Shown here: piece by piece, positions 39,064 to 49,091 of the stretch
Position numbering within the stretch: position 1 is the stretch's first letter
Layout: each line of letters begins with the position of its first letter
DNA from: Minisyncoccia bacterium
Lineage (GTDB): Bacteria; Patescibacteriota; Minisyncoccia; Phycocordibacterales; UBA9973
Direction: 5' to 3'
Assembly (NCBI GenBank): GCA_038249055.1
Contig: JBBRWS010000004.1
Span: forward strand, 17,939-81,938
DNA: 64,000 nucleotides
Notes under the pieces: model-generated
The model's database searches: none
Seen by the model: the letters and a program-made list of their open reading frames with translations, nothing else
What the model was told of the DNA's origin: nothing
Made by a program: the position numbers and the translations under genes

Positions 39064-39885
39064 ATGGACAAACCTTTAGACTATAATAAAATAATGTCAG
39101 ATAAAAATCTTTTTAACGAGACTATTTATACTACACTTTCTGATGCAATAAAAATTCTTGAAGAAAGACAAAAGGACCCAAAAATTATAAAAAAAATTGA
39201 GGAGCTTTTAAAAGGTGATATACCTGAACCTCTAAATAAGATTGGGAAATATGGTATAAACGAAAAACAAGTAGCAACTCCAAGTTATGATACAAAATGG
39301 TTTATTGATTTAACTCAAAATAATGGATTATTACCAGTTTTTTTTGAATACCATAGTGATAAATTTACTTCAAATAATCATTTTAAACATTCTTTGGGTC
39401 AGTTGCGTATACACGATAACCATAATGATAAAAAAGGGGATAATATTGAAGAAAAAATAACTATTGTAGATTTTAATAAATACAATGGAAAGCCTTTGTG
39501 TGAAGTTAATACACTTTGGGGTGAACCATTAATATTATTTCACAAGAGATTGTTTGAAGCATGTGATTATAAGATTAATGATATAATATTCTCAGACTTT
39601 TCCGGGTGGCTAAAAAGAAATGGAGGTAGTGCCGAAAAATATTATGAAAAAGATTTGTTGTTATATATATGCCACGGTATTCTTTTTGAAAATTTTTTAA
39701 TGACTGACGATACCGAGGGAAATTTTACAAGAAATATATTTTTACCCGCTTTTGAAAAAGTTATAAAATTAACTGGATTAAAACCTTTAATAGTTCCAAT
39801 TCCACCAATGGACAATGAAGAAGACTCCCACTGGATTTCATATAATAAAATAATTAAAACACAAATTAATTTAATTAATTCATAA
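39064..39885 (+). CDS. Hypothetical cytoplasmic protein
   Basis: 273-aa ORF, first gene of a tightly spaced four-gene unit. Confidence 0.65.
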   Translation: MDKPLDYNKIMSDKNLFNETIYTTLSDAIKILEERQKDPKIIKKIEELLKGDIPEPLNKIGKYGINEKQVATPSYDTKWFIDLTQNNGLLPVFFEYHSDKFTSNNHFKHSLGQLRIHDNHNDKKGDNIEEKITIVDFNKYNGKPLCEVNTLWGEPLILFHKRLFEACDYKINDIIFSDFSGWLKRNGGSAEKYYEKDLLLYICHGILFENFLMTDDTEGNFTRNIFLPAFEKVIKLTGLKPLIVPIPPMDNEEDSHWISYNKIIKTQINLINS

Positions 39886-39909
39886 TATATTATAATTTAA
39901 TTTTAAAAA

Positions 39910-40263
39910 ATGGATAAAAAAAATAAAATTTTATACACAACAGCATCAATACTTATTTTATTAGTAGTTGTAATAACAGCTTATAAAATTTTTATATTGC
40001 ATGACTACATGATTTCTTATGAAGTTGCTTGTGACCCAAAAATAGACACGTGCTATGTTTATAGTTGTGTTGAAACTACCGGTGATGAAAATTGTATAGA
40101 TTCAGAAGTTGAATATTATAAAATAATAGAAAGAAAAGCATCTCAGTCCTTAATGTGTGAATATAATAATCTTGATTGTTCTGTTTGCTTGGAAAATGAA
40201 ATTAATTGTCAAATTATAACTTGTGATTCTTCTTTAGAAGAAAATACTTGTAGTATTTTATGA
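39910..40263 (+). CDS. Cys-rich membrane-anchored small protein
   Basis: N-terminal TM followed by 10 Cys. Confidence 0.65.
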   Translation: MDKKNKILYTTASILILLVVVITAYKIFILHDYMISYEVACDPKIDTCYVYSCVETTGDENCIDSEVEYYKIIERKASQSLMCEYNNLDCSVCLENEINCQIITCDSSLEENTCSIL

Positions 40264-41285
40264 TACATAAGATAGTCTTTTTGGGGTTAAATAATGATAC
40301 TTTAATTTTACTCAATAAAAATAAGTCGTTTAATGTTATAGGTGTAAATTATTATGAATATTTTGATATTTGTACTCTTAACCCATTTGATTATATATTT
40401 TGTTTAGCTTATAAATTACATTATAAAAAAAAATCAAATGTAATATCTAAATTAATTTTTAAAATTTGGTGCATGTTGTCGGTTTTTTCAAGTAAAATAT
40501 ATAAAGAAAATAAAGAATATTTAAACTGTATATTAATGCATAAAATAGAAATCATAGACACTGAAGATGTTCATTATTTTTCTTCATTTATAACCTCAAA
40601 TGCAATAGATTTGCTAGTTATTAATTCATGGGGAATTATTCCAAATATAATTTTGACTTTACCAAAATTTAAAACTTTAAACATTCATCCATCATTGTTA
40701 CCTAAATATAGAGGTGCATTGCCAACGCTGTGGTCTTTAAAAAATAAAGATACAGCTACTGCTCTTACTTATATTGTATTAAATGACTCAATAGATGATG
40801 GCTTAATTGTGGCGCAACATGTTTTTAGTATAAATGAATTAGACGATTGGAAGAGTTTGGAGATAAAAATTTCTAAACTATTAAATGTGACTTTGTGTAA
40901 TGATATTTTAAATTATTTAAATAATACTTTTGTTCCAATTAAAACGACCTGTGATCCGTCATATACTGATTATTATAATAAATACAGAAGAATAGATTTA
41001 TTAAATGAATATTCAAGAGATATTTATAATAAGGTAGGACTATATCCTTACATAGAGCCATTTTTTTATTGTTACATAAAAATTTTAGATAGAAAAATAT
41101 TCTTAAAAAAGATTTATTATTATAAAAAGATAAATATAATCTTAGTCCCTGGTGGTATATATTTGGGATTAGGTTTTATTCTTTTTTTCTCAAAAGATGG
41201 TATACTCAAATCATATCTTTTTAAAGATATGCAATTTAGAGATAGTATTTTTATTATTTTTAAAAAAATAACATCAAAAATATGA
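40260..41285 (+). CDS. Formyltransferase family protein (Fmt-like)
   Basis: LNIHPSLLPKYRGALP, IDDGLIV. Confidence 0.85.
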   Translation: MIHKIVFLGLNNDTLILLNKNKSFNVIGVNYYEYFDICTLNPFDYIFCLAYKLHYKKKSNVISKLIFKIWCMLSVFSSKIYKENKEYLNCILMHKIEIIDTEDVHYFSSFITSNAIDLLVINSWGIIPNIILTLPKFKTLNIHPSLLPKYRGALPTLWSLKNKDTATALTYIVLNDSIDDGLIVAQHVFSINELDDWKSLEIKISKLLNVTLCNDILNYLNNTFVPIKTTCDPSYTDYYNKYRRIDLLNEYSRDIYNKVGLYPYIEPFFYCYIKILDRKIFLKKIYYYKKINIILVPGGIYLGLGFILFFSKDGILKSYLFKDMQFRDSIFIIFKKITSKI

Positions 41286-42964
41286 TTTGTCCAAGTTACC
41301 CAACTCCATTTTTATATATTTTTTCTGAACAAGTTCCACAACTTTTGTATTATTCACACTTACCCCTTATTTTTATTTCCATTTTTATAGGTTTTTTTGT
41401 TTTGATTAAAGATAAAAAATCAAAATTAAGCATAGCATTGTCAACACCCCTATTCATTTTTTCTATTTGGTTGATATTTGATTTAATTACATGGACAAGT
41501 AATTCAAGTGACAACATAATGTTTGTCTGGTCTTTTTTTGGTATACTTTTTATTTCTTTAATTTATTTCTTTTTACGTTTTTTGTATATATTTTTTGAGG
41601 ATAAAGAAATCCCATTCTATTTATCATCGATAATATTTATTTTATATTTACCAGTTTTATTTTTAACTTTTACATCTTTAAATTTGTCCATTTTTGATTT
41701 AGTGCAATGTAGCTCTATAGAAAATAATTATTTCGTCGCCTATTATTATTCCATTGGAGTATTAATATTTATTTATCTTTGTTACTTTGTTGCAAAGCAC
41801 TATATTAGGTCCGACTCTTTTTCAAAATCTAAGATCTTACTAACTGGAGTTGGCACTATATTATTTTTGATTTTCTTTTTTTTAACTGGAATCATGGTTA
41901 CTATATTAAAATATTTTAATATAGTAAAGGATTTTCAGATTGAACAATATGGCTTTTTCCCGATTATTATTTTTATAATATTACTCGCTCTGACTGTTAT
42001 AAAATATAAAGTATTTAACATTAAGCTTTTAGCAGTTCGTTCTTTAGTGTTTGCGCTAGCTTTTTTAATCGGTTCTCAATTTTTCTTTATAAAAGTAACA
42101 ACAAATTTTATTTTAAATGGTATCACTTTTGTCGGGGTTATCATTTTTGGTCAATCTCTTATAAAATCAGTCAAAAAAGAAATCGAGCAAAAGGAATATC
42201 TTGAAAAACTTTCAGAAATGTTGAAACATTCAAGAACTCGTCTTGAAGAAGCAAATGTAAAATTACAAAGCTTGGATAAACTTAAAACTGAATTCGTTTC
42301 TTTGGCCTCACATCAACTACGTAGCCCCCTTACAGCTATTAAAGGTTATACTTCAATGCTTCTTGAGGGAGACTATGGAGAAATAAACCCACAGGCAAGA
42401 GAAATCGTTGAGAGAGTAGCAGAATCAAGCAAAAACCTAACATTGGTAGTTGAAGACCTTCTAAATGTTGCCAAAATTGAACAAGGAGGAATGAAATACG
42501 AAATAGATAAAGTTGATTTTAGTGAACTAGTTGAAAATACAGCGAGGGATTTATCTATTACTGCAGAAAAGAAAGGCTTGAAATTAATTGATAGTATTCC
42601 AAAAGATCAAAAATTCTTTGTTAGTGGAGATAAGGAAAAACTTAGACAGGTTTTGATTAATTTGATTGATAACTCAATGAAATATACTCCCTCTGGTCAA
42701 ATAGAAGTAAACATGAATTTCAAAGATGGAAAAATTCTTTTATCTATTAAAGATACAGGAGTGGGAATATCAAAAGAAGTAATAGGAACTTTGTTTGCAA
42801 AGTTTTCTCGCGGAGATGGTGCCAAATTAAATAGTACTGGTACAGGTCTTGGACTATACTTGGTAAAAGAAATTGTAGAAGCTCACCATGGCCGAGTCTG
42901 GGTAGAATCAGAGGGCACTGGTCACGGCTCAACATTCTTTGTGGAAATTGAAGGGGTGGAGTAA
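41282..42964 (+). CDS. Sensor histidine kinase with multi-TM N-terminus
   Basis: SHQLRSPL H-box, NLIDNSMKY, DTGVG, GTGLGL. Confidence 0.93.
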   Translation: MICPSYPTPFLYIFSEQVPQLLYYSHLPLIFISIFIGFFVLIKDKKSKLSIALSTPLFIFSIWLIFDLITWTSNSSDNIMFVWSFFGILFISLIYFFLRFLYIFFEDKEIPFYLSSIIFILYLPVLFLTFTSLNLSIFDLVQCSSIENNYFVAYYYSIGVLIFIYLCYFVAKHYIRSDSFSKSKILLTGVGTILFLIFFFLTGIMVTILKYFNIVKDFQIEQYGFFPIIIFIILLALTVIKYKVFNIKLLAVRSLVFALAFLIGSQFFFIKVTTNFILNGITFVGVIIFGQSLIKSVKKEIEQKEYLEKLSEMLKHSRTRLEEANVKLQSLDKLKTEFVSLASHQLRSPLTAIKGYTSMLLEGDYGEINPQAREIVERVAESSKNLTLVVEDLLNVAKIEQGGMKYEIDKVDFSELVENTARDLSITAEKKGLKLIDSIPKDQKFFVSGDKEKLRQVLINLIDNSMKYTPSGQIEVNMNFKDGKILLSIKDTGVGISKEVIGTLFAKFSRGDGAKLNSTGTGLGLYLVKEIVEAHHGRVWVESEGTGHGSTFFVEIEGVE

Positions 42965-42989
42965 TTACGAATTAATAATTAAGAATTAA

Positions 42990-43040
42990 AAAAAATAGAG
43001 GTTGTACGTCTAAGGAAGACGTCCAACCTCTATTTTTTTT
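42990..43040. repeat. REP-like palindrome / bidirectional terminator
   Basis: aaaatagaggttgtacgtct-aagga-agacgtccaacctctatttt. Confidence 0.6.
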
Positions 43041-43046
43041 ATCTAT

Positions 43047-44411
43047 TTATATTTTAGAAATTACTGAACCAGCATCAGTATCTTTTATTTCATATCCCAA
43101 AGAATTTATTTTTTTTCTTAGCTCGTCACTTTTTGCCCAATCTTTTTCTATGCGAACTTTTTCACGCTCTGTAACTAATTCCTTTATATCATCGGGAATT
43201 ATGATTTCTGTTTCTTTTTTTATTTTATCTAAACCAAACCCAAAAACTTTATCAAAATCTAAAATGGTTGCTTTTTTATCTATATCAGAAAGGGAAGTGT
43301 CTTTCAATAATTCCCAGACAAGAGCCAAGGCTTTAGGACTTTCAAGGTTATTGTCTAAATACTCCACAAAACGTGATTTATAAGTAGTATTTATCGTTCC
43401 AGTATCACTTCCAAGGGCTAAAAATGCCTCTCTGAGCCTTTCTAATGCAGTTTGAGCCCCACTTACTGCTTCTAAAGTAAAGTTTGTTCTAGTGGTATAG
43501 CTTGAAGTGTATAGCCAATATCTAAAAGCAATAGGATCAATATTTTTATTTATTAAATCTTGTAATGTATAAAAATTACCAAGCGACTTACTCATTTTTT
43601 GTCCGTCTACAAGCAAATGCTCGTTGTGCATAAAATATTTTGCAAAGCTTCTACCAGTAGCACATTCTGACTGTGCTATTTCATTTTCATGGTGAGGAAA
43701 AATATTATCTACTCCTCCAGTGTGAATATCAAAACTTTCACCAAGTTCACTCATACTCATAGCAGAACATTCTATATGCCAACCTGGGCGTCCTTTGCCT
43801 AAATCGGTTTCCCAAAATACTTCGCCATCAGTTTCATCCCATGCTTTCCAAAGAGCAAAATCTTGAGCGTTTTCTTTTTCATATTCATCTTTTTTGAGTC
43901 GGTTGTCAGCATTTTCTTTTAAATCCGAAAGATTGAAGTGAGATAGTTTACCGTACTCTTTATCCTTATGAATATCAAAGTATACAGAGCCATCACTTGT
44001 TTTATATGCAAAACCTTTTTTCTCTAATTCCTGAATAAGAGTGACCATTTGATGTATATAATCAGTTGCTTTGGTATAGATATCTGCTGGAACAATATTT
44101 AAAGCATCTCTATCTTTAAAGAATTCTTCTGTGTAAAATTCAGTAAGCTCCTTTAGGGATTTATTCTGAGCTTGGACTTCACGGATTATTTTATCTTCAA
44201 CATCAGTTATATTCATGACGTGTTTAACGCTATAACCACTATATTTTAAGTATCTTTTAAGTAAATCAGCAAAAATATATGCACGCCAATTACCTATATG
44301 AAGATGATTGTAAACAGTTGGACCACATGTATACAAACCAACACTACCATAAAGGTTTGGTTCAAAAGCTTCTTTTTTTCTACTAAGTGTATTAAATATG
44401 ATTAAAGACAT
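43047..44411 (-). CDS. cysS: Cysteine--tRNA ligase
   Basis: CGPTVY..HIGN, DFALWK, GRPGWHIEC, FPHHENE, KMSKS. Confidence 0.98.
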   Translation of the reverse strand: MSLIIFNTLSRKKEAFEPNLYGSVGLYTCGPTVYNHLHIGNWRAYIFADLLKRYLKYSGYSVKHVMNITDVEDKIIREVQAQNKSLKELTEFYTEEFFKDRDALNIVPADIYTKATDYIHQMVTLIQELEKKGFAYKTSDGSVYFDIHKDKEYGKLSHFNLSDLKENADNRLKKDEYEKENAQDFALWKAWDETDGEVFWETDLGKGRPGWHIECSAMSMSELGESFDIHTGGVDNIFPHHENEIAQSECATGRSFAKYFMHNEHLLVDGQKMSKSLGNFYTLQDLINKNIDPIAFRYWLYTSSYTTRTNFTLEAVSGAQTALERLREAFLALGSDTGTINTTYKSRFVEYLDNNLESPKALALVWELLKDTSLSDIDKKATILDFDKVFGFGLDKIKKETEIIIPDDIKELVTEREKVRIEKDWAKSDELRKKINSLGYEIKDTDAGSVISKI

Positions 44412-45201
44412 ATAAATATATTGATATAATAACGACTAAAGATGTTACAACTAATGCAATTAATAATTTTATCTTTCTATTGTTCTGCTTTATTAAAATT
44501 AAATTATTAAGATTATATAAATTAATTAAACTTTTATTTTGTGAAGCGATTATAAGTTTTACTTTGATAAACTCTTCTGTAATAATGGATGAATAGTTTT
44601 CAAACTTATCTCCAAAAATCTGAATTAAATATTTTGACATAGTATCGAGGACTTTATCGTGTGACCCAATAATTTCTTCCATTTTTATTAAAATTTGATT
44701 CTTCTTAAAAATTAACCATGGAGTATTTTTAGTTTTTGATTTATTTATTTTATTTTCTATTTCTTTTATATAATTTTCATTTTGACTAAGTTGCTCTTTT
44801 AGATTTAAATATAAACTTTTAATTAAATAGAATGATAGTAAATCAGTATGCTTAATCTGTAGTTGTTCAGGAAGGGTAGTATCAATTTCTAAATTCTTTA
44901 TAAATTCACTAAAAGCTTCAACTGGTTTATCGTGAATTGTTAAAACAAAATTATTATTGATAATAAAATCTATTTTATTTTTTTGAACAATATTTTCTTT
45001 GCTCAAAATTTGTGGAAAATATAAAGAACTAAAAATATAACCGGAATTTAGTTTGGTCTTGGATTCTTCATTTTTTATCCTCATTTCTTCTTCTATAGAC
45101 AAAGGGATAGAATATTGTTCTATTACATAAAGAATTTCTTCCTCACTAGGTGTCTCTAAATCTACCCAAGTTAGCTCTTTATGACTATATTTTGATATCA
45201 T
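44392..45201 (-). CDS. CorA-like divalent cation transporter family protein, divergent
   Basis: WVDLETPSEEE, NFVLTIH; only one C-terminal TM and no GMN motif visible. Confidence 0.65.
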   Translation of the reverse strand: MISKYSHKELTWVDLETPSEEEILYVIEQYSIPLSIEEEMRIKNEESKTKLNSGYIFSSLYFPQILSKENIVQKNKIDFIINNNFVLTIHDKPVEAFSEFIKNLEIDTTLPEQLQIKHTDLLSFYLIKSLYLNLKEQLSQNENYIKEIENKINKSKTKNTPWLIFKKNQILIKMEEIIGSHDKVLDTMSKYLIQIFGDKFENYSSIITEEFIKVKLIIASQNKSLINLYNLNNLILIKQNNRKIKLLIALVVTSLVVIISIYLYVFNHI

Positions 45202-45306
45202 GCTGTTTATTATACAATTTTGCTTGCTTTTTTCAAAACTTTTGTGTATTATAGTTGTTATCCGGAGATTCCATATATTAAAGGGATTATAAGGGTAAAA
45301 TCAATT

Positions 45307-45678
45307 ATGCCTAAAACAATAAAGACAGCAGAAAAGACGAAGAAAGCAGCTCCCGAAATAAAGGAGTTTGCAGTTATTTTAACAGGTGGCAAACAGTACA
45401 AAGTGGCTGTTGGTGATGTGTTAAAAGTAGAAAAGATTGATGGAGAATTCAATATTGGAGATAAGGTAATTTTTGATAAAGTTTTACTTGTAGACAATGG
45501 AACAGATACAACAATCGGAGCTCCATATATAGAAAAAGCTACAGTTGAATCATTGTTCCAAAGATTTGGTAAAGCTAAGACAGTAAATGTAGTTAAATAT
45601 AAACAAAAAAGTAGATACCTTAAAAAGAACGGACACAGACAACCTTTTATAGAAGTAAAAATCTCAGCAATTAAATAA
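45307..45678 (+). CDS. rplU: 50S ribosomal protein L21
   Basis: FAVILTGGKQYKV, IGAPYI, GHRQPF; ATG 45307. Confidence 0.96.
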   Translation: MPKTIKTAEKTKKAAPEIKEFAVILTGGKQYKVAVGDVLKVEKIDGEFNIGDKVIFDKVLLVDNGTDTTIGAPYIEKATVESLFQRFGKAKTVNVVKYKQKSRYLKKNGHRQPFIEVKISAIK

Positions 45679-45682
45679 AAAT

Positions 45683-45706
45683 CAGCCCCGAAAGGGGTTG
45701 TTTTTT
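45683..45706 (+). terminator. Intrinsic terminator
   Basis: cagcccc-gaaa-ggggttg-tttttt. Confidence 0.8.
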
Positions 45707-45780
45707 ATTTGACTAATTATTTTGTAAGTTGTAATCTGAAGGAAAAGACAATGTTTTCTCACTCTTTAAAATTCTAAACT

Positions 45781-46230
45781 ATGAAAAAATTTTATGATTT
45801 GAGGATTTTTCACCCCATGGTAATGGGTGGTGAATACGAAAAAGTAAGAAGGGCAATTCAGGTGATGATTTGCAATATACTTTTAGAAAAACTGAACCAA
45901 TCAGAAAAGGATATTTTTCTGATTAAAAACTACTTTATTTGGGATCCAAATTATCCAGAACAAGGTGAGACACAAGACTTGTTGGAACATCTTGTTTTTG
46001 ATGCAATAAGTCACGCTGGTACTCTAAACTGTTCCGACAATTTTATTTCAAAAATGTATCTTTATGATCTTGAAAAATTTACCGGTATTTCAGACCCTTC
46101 AACTTTCATGGCTCTTGTTGAAAAGATAAATGAAAAATGGGAAAGATTGGCCGTAATTACAGTCTTTAGTGTTAATGGTAATAATCCAGAAATAACATTC
46201 AGGTTATTAACAAAACTTGAACTGGATTAA
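45781..46230 (+). CDS. Hypothetical protein
   Basis: 149-aa ORF followed by terminator aaaaccatcc/ggatggtttt. Confidence 0.6.
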   Translation: MKKFYDLRIFHPMVMGGEYEKVRRAIQVMICNILLEKLNQSEKDIFLIKNYFIWDPNYPEQGETQDLLEHLVFDAISHAGTLNCSDNFISKMYLYDLEKFTGISDPSTFMALVEKINEKWERLAVITVFSVNGNNPEITFRLLTKLELD

Positions 46231-46413
46231 AATATTTAAATTAAAGATATATAAAAACCATCCTTGTAATAGGGATGGTTTTTTGTATTAAAAGTTATTA
46301 AAATATTTTAAATATAATTTCCATCGCTTTACTCTATAGCGTAAAGTGATGGAAGTGTGCTTATAACTTTTTCTGCTTATTATTTTTTTATTTAAATATT
46401 ATGCTCTATAATA

Positions 46414-47067
46414 TTAAGCGCGATTTTTAAGAGCATTTTTTATCGTTTCTCCATCAGAATACTCAAGTTCTGTTCCAGTAGAAAGGCCACGACCAAGTGA
46501 TACAATTTTAAAATTATATTTATTTTGCAATCCTGATAATTGCTCTCTTAAATACATATCAGTATGTTCTCCTTGTGGATTTAAAGAAAGGGCAATAATA
46601 ACTTCCTTTAAACTATCCCCGCCTGAATGACTATCAAGTCGGGCAGGTTTTTTGGCCCTATTTTCAACTGTATTTAATAATTCTTTTAAACGTAAAAAAC
46701 TAGGTGTTTCTTTCGTAACGATAGGTGCTAACCCTCCAAGAATAAAATACATTCCAGAATAATTTTTACTTCTTTTTATATTTTCATAATCAGCATCTTT
46801 TTCAATAATTAAAAGGGAAGTCTTATCTGTTTTTGTATTCTTGCAAACATCACACAATTGATTACTTTCACCCTTAAAAAATAAAAAACAAGAAGGACAT
46901 TGATGAATTAAATTTTTCAATCCAAGGATACTATCCCCAAGTTCTTTTGAATAAGTAGGATTTTTATGAAGCAGAAAATAAACAAAGCGCTTTGCTTGTC
47001 GTTCTCCTATTCCAGGAAATTCTTTAAAGTATTCTGTTAGTTTTTCTATTGGATCCATAGTGTGCAT
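46414..47067 (-). CDS. recR: Recombination mediator RecR
   Basis: FPGIGERQAKR, CxxC..CxxC zinc finger, Toprim KEVIIAL, RGLSTGTELEY. Confidence 0.95.
   Translation of the reverse strand: MHTMDPIEKLTEYFKEFPGIGERQAKRFVYFLLHKNPTYSKELGDSILGLKNLIHQCPSCFLFFKGESNQLCDVCKNTKTDKTSLLIIEKDADYENIKRSKNYSGMYFILGGLAPIVTKETPSFLRLKELLNTVENRAKKPARLDSHSGGDSLKEVIIALSLNPQGEHTDMYLREQLSGLQNKYNFKIVSLGRGLSTGTELEYSDGETIKNALKNRA
46618..46647. repeat. 30-bp GC-rich hairpin in frame within recR
   Basis: cccgcctgaatgactatcaagtcgggcagg encodes PARLDSHSGG on minus strand. Confidence 0.6.
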
Positions 47068-47112
47068 TTTAAAGCGGAGTCATAATAATATTATGATGAA
47101 GCTTAACTAAAT

Positions 47113-48495
47113 TTAAAATTGGTCCATTCCGCTAGTTTGAGGTGAACTATAATTATTATTTGATTTATCTATAGACATAAATGTTGTTGATTTTTCATCA
47201 AAGTAAAGATCGACTTTACCAACAGGTCCATTTCGATGTTTTTCAATTAATATTTCAGCAATATTTGTTTTTTCACTTTCGTCTTTTCCTTTATCTTCAC
47301 GATGGATAAACATTACAATATCAGCATCTTGTTCAATAGAACCAGAATCACGAAGGTCGGATAAACGAGGGCGACCACCACGAGATTCAACTGCACGAGA
47401 AAGTTGGGAAAGTGCAATAACCGGAACATCAAACTCTTTTGCAAGTGCTTTAAGAGAACGGGAAATTTCAGTGACTTGGTTTACCATATTGTCATAGTTC
47501 TTTGATGTAGACATTAACTGTAAATAGTCAACAATAATTAAACCAATACCATGCTCTGCTCTAATACGGCGACAAACCGAACGCATTCTTATAATAGAGT
47601 TGCCAGCAAGGTCATCCACAAAAATAGGAGCTTTTGCTAATGCATCAAGAGAATCACGAATTTTTGAAAATTCTCCATCAGATGATAGATTTCCAGTTCT
47701 TAAATTCCATGCGTTAACTTTTGATTGTGCGGCTAGAAGTCTATCAACCAATTGTTGAGTGCTCATTTCGAGAGAAAAGATAACAGTAGGAGTGCCATGA
47801 TTTAGCGCTGCTTGACGAGCAATATCGAGAGCAAGAGTTGTTTTACCCATAGAAGGTCGTGCAGCAAGAATAATCAAATCTGATTTTTGAAGACCGGAAA
47901 GATATTGATCTAAATCATGAAATCCCGTGGGTACGCCTCGTAGCTCACCTTTATTTTCATGAAGTTTTTCCAAACGTTCCCAAGCTTCTGGTAAACTATC
48001 TTTTAGAGATTGAAATGCATGACTACTAGTATTATTATTAATACCCATCATTTTTTTCTCAGCCTGATCGAGAATTTCAAAAACATCTTCTACATCATCT
48101 CTAAAACCAAGCTCTGAAATATGATCTCCTGCTTCAATAATTTTTCTTAAAATATTTTTTTTAGTTACTATATCAGAATAATATTTTATATTTGTAGAGG
48201 CAGGAACAGAATTAGTTAATTCACTTAAATAACTACTTCCTCCGATTTGGTCAAGTAATCCTTTTTCTTCAAGTTTGTGAGACATTGATAATATATCAAT
48301 TGGTTCACCCTTACTTGAAAGTTCAAGCATTATTTTATAAATTTGTGCATGCTTTGTAGCATAAAATGATTCTGTACTTATAATGTCATTAATTTCATGG
48401 ATTGCACCAGGTCGGAGCATTATAGAACCTAATATAGCTTTTTCTGCATCAATACTTTGCGGTGGTACTCTTAGTTTTGTTTTTTTGTCTGTCAT
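47113..48495 (-). CDS. dnaB: Replicative DNA helicase DnaB
   Basis: PPQSIDAE, AARPSMGKT, IVDYLQLM, LSQLSR, DLRDSGSIEQDAD. Confidence 0.98.
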   Translation of the reverse strand: MTDKKTKLRVPPQSIDAEKAILGSIMLRPGAIHEINDIISTESFYATKHAQIYKIMLELSSKGEPIDILSMSHKLEEKGLLDQIGGSSYLSELTNSVPASTNIKYYSDIVTKKNILRKIIEAGDHISELGFRDDVEDVFEILDQAEKKMMGINNNTSSHAFQSLKDSLPEAWERLEKLHENKGELRGVPTGFHDLDQYLSGLQKSDLIILAARPSMGKTTLALDIARQAALNHGTPTVIFSLEMSTQQLVDRLLAAQSKVNAWNLRTGNLSSDGEFSKIRDSLDALAKAPIFVDDLAGNSIIRMRSVCRRIRAEHGIGLIIVDYLQLMSTSKNYDNMVNQVTEISRSLKALAKEFDVPVIALSQLSRAVESRGGRPRLSDLRDSGSIEQDADIVMFIHREDKGKDESEKTNIAEILIEKHRNGPVGKVDLYFDEKSTTFMSIDKSNNNYSSPQTSGMDQF

Positions 48496-48614
48496 CCCGT
48501 TAGAAGTAGATAATCTTTAGATTATCGTACATAAAATTAAATAATAATGAGGAAATTTACCAAAATTTAACAACATCCTCATTTAGAAAATTACATGCAT
48601 AACTTCTAACGGGA
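48496..48614 (-). mobile_element. 119-bp MITE-like element at dnaB start codon
   Basis: Minus strand ATGA-TCCCGTTAGAAGT...ACTTCTAACGGG-ATGA; terminal inverted repeats with duplicated ATGA. Confidence 0.7.
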
Positions 48615-48722
48615 TCATGAGAGTTATTGTATCATCAATTTAGTTTACCCGAAACTTGATTATTCTAATAAATATGTGCGTAAAATGTGCAAAACTATTT
48701 GTTATTTGGTATTATATAGGTC

Positions 48723-48833
48723 ATGAATAAAAGATTATTATCGGGAATAAAACCATCCGGAGCAAAAAAAGCTAAAATTATTGCAGTGGATAAAATAAAA
48801 ATTATTAGAAATAATATCAGAATAAATATTTAA
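48723..48833 (+). pseudogene. trpS: Internally deleted trpS remnant
   Basis: MNKRLLSGIKPSG (TrpRS N-terminus) joined directly to AKKAKIIAVDKIKIIRNNIRINI* (TrpRS C-terminal helix pattern). Confidence 0.7.
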
Positions 48834-48837
48834 ATTT

Positions 48838-49050
48838 ATGAAATATATTTTCGCTCTTATTCTCTTAATACTTAATCTTGTCGCTGTACCTTTGAATATT
48901 CTTTATATGAAAGTTCAAAAATGGTATTTACCAATGTGGAAAAAAGATAAAGTTATTTATTTTGCTTTCGCACCCTTTTATTGGATACTTGTTGGATTAA
49001 CCTTTGCTTTTGGATACCCATGTGACATATTAGCAAGGCTTGTTCATTAA
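48838..49050 (+). CDS. Small hypothetical membrane protein
   Basis: 70 aa, two hydrophobic segments. Confidence 0.55.
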   Translation: MKYIFALILLILNLVAVPLNILYMKVQKWYLPMWKKDKVIYFAFAPFYWILVGLTFAFGYPCDILARLVH

Positions 49051-49091
49051 AATTTTACTTGTAAATTTATCTGTGATATTATAAGAAAGTA

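Noticed and set aside
48496-48618. In-frame N-terminal extension or intein in DnaB
   Set aside because: Reading from the upstream ATG hits TAA after 11 codons (MIPLEVMHVIF*); DnaB itself is normal length with no intein motifs
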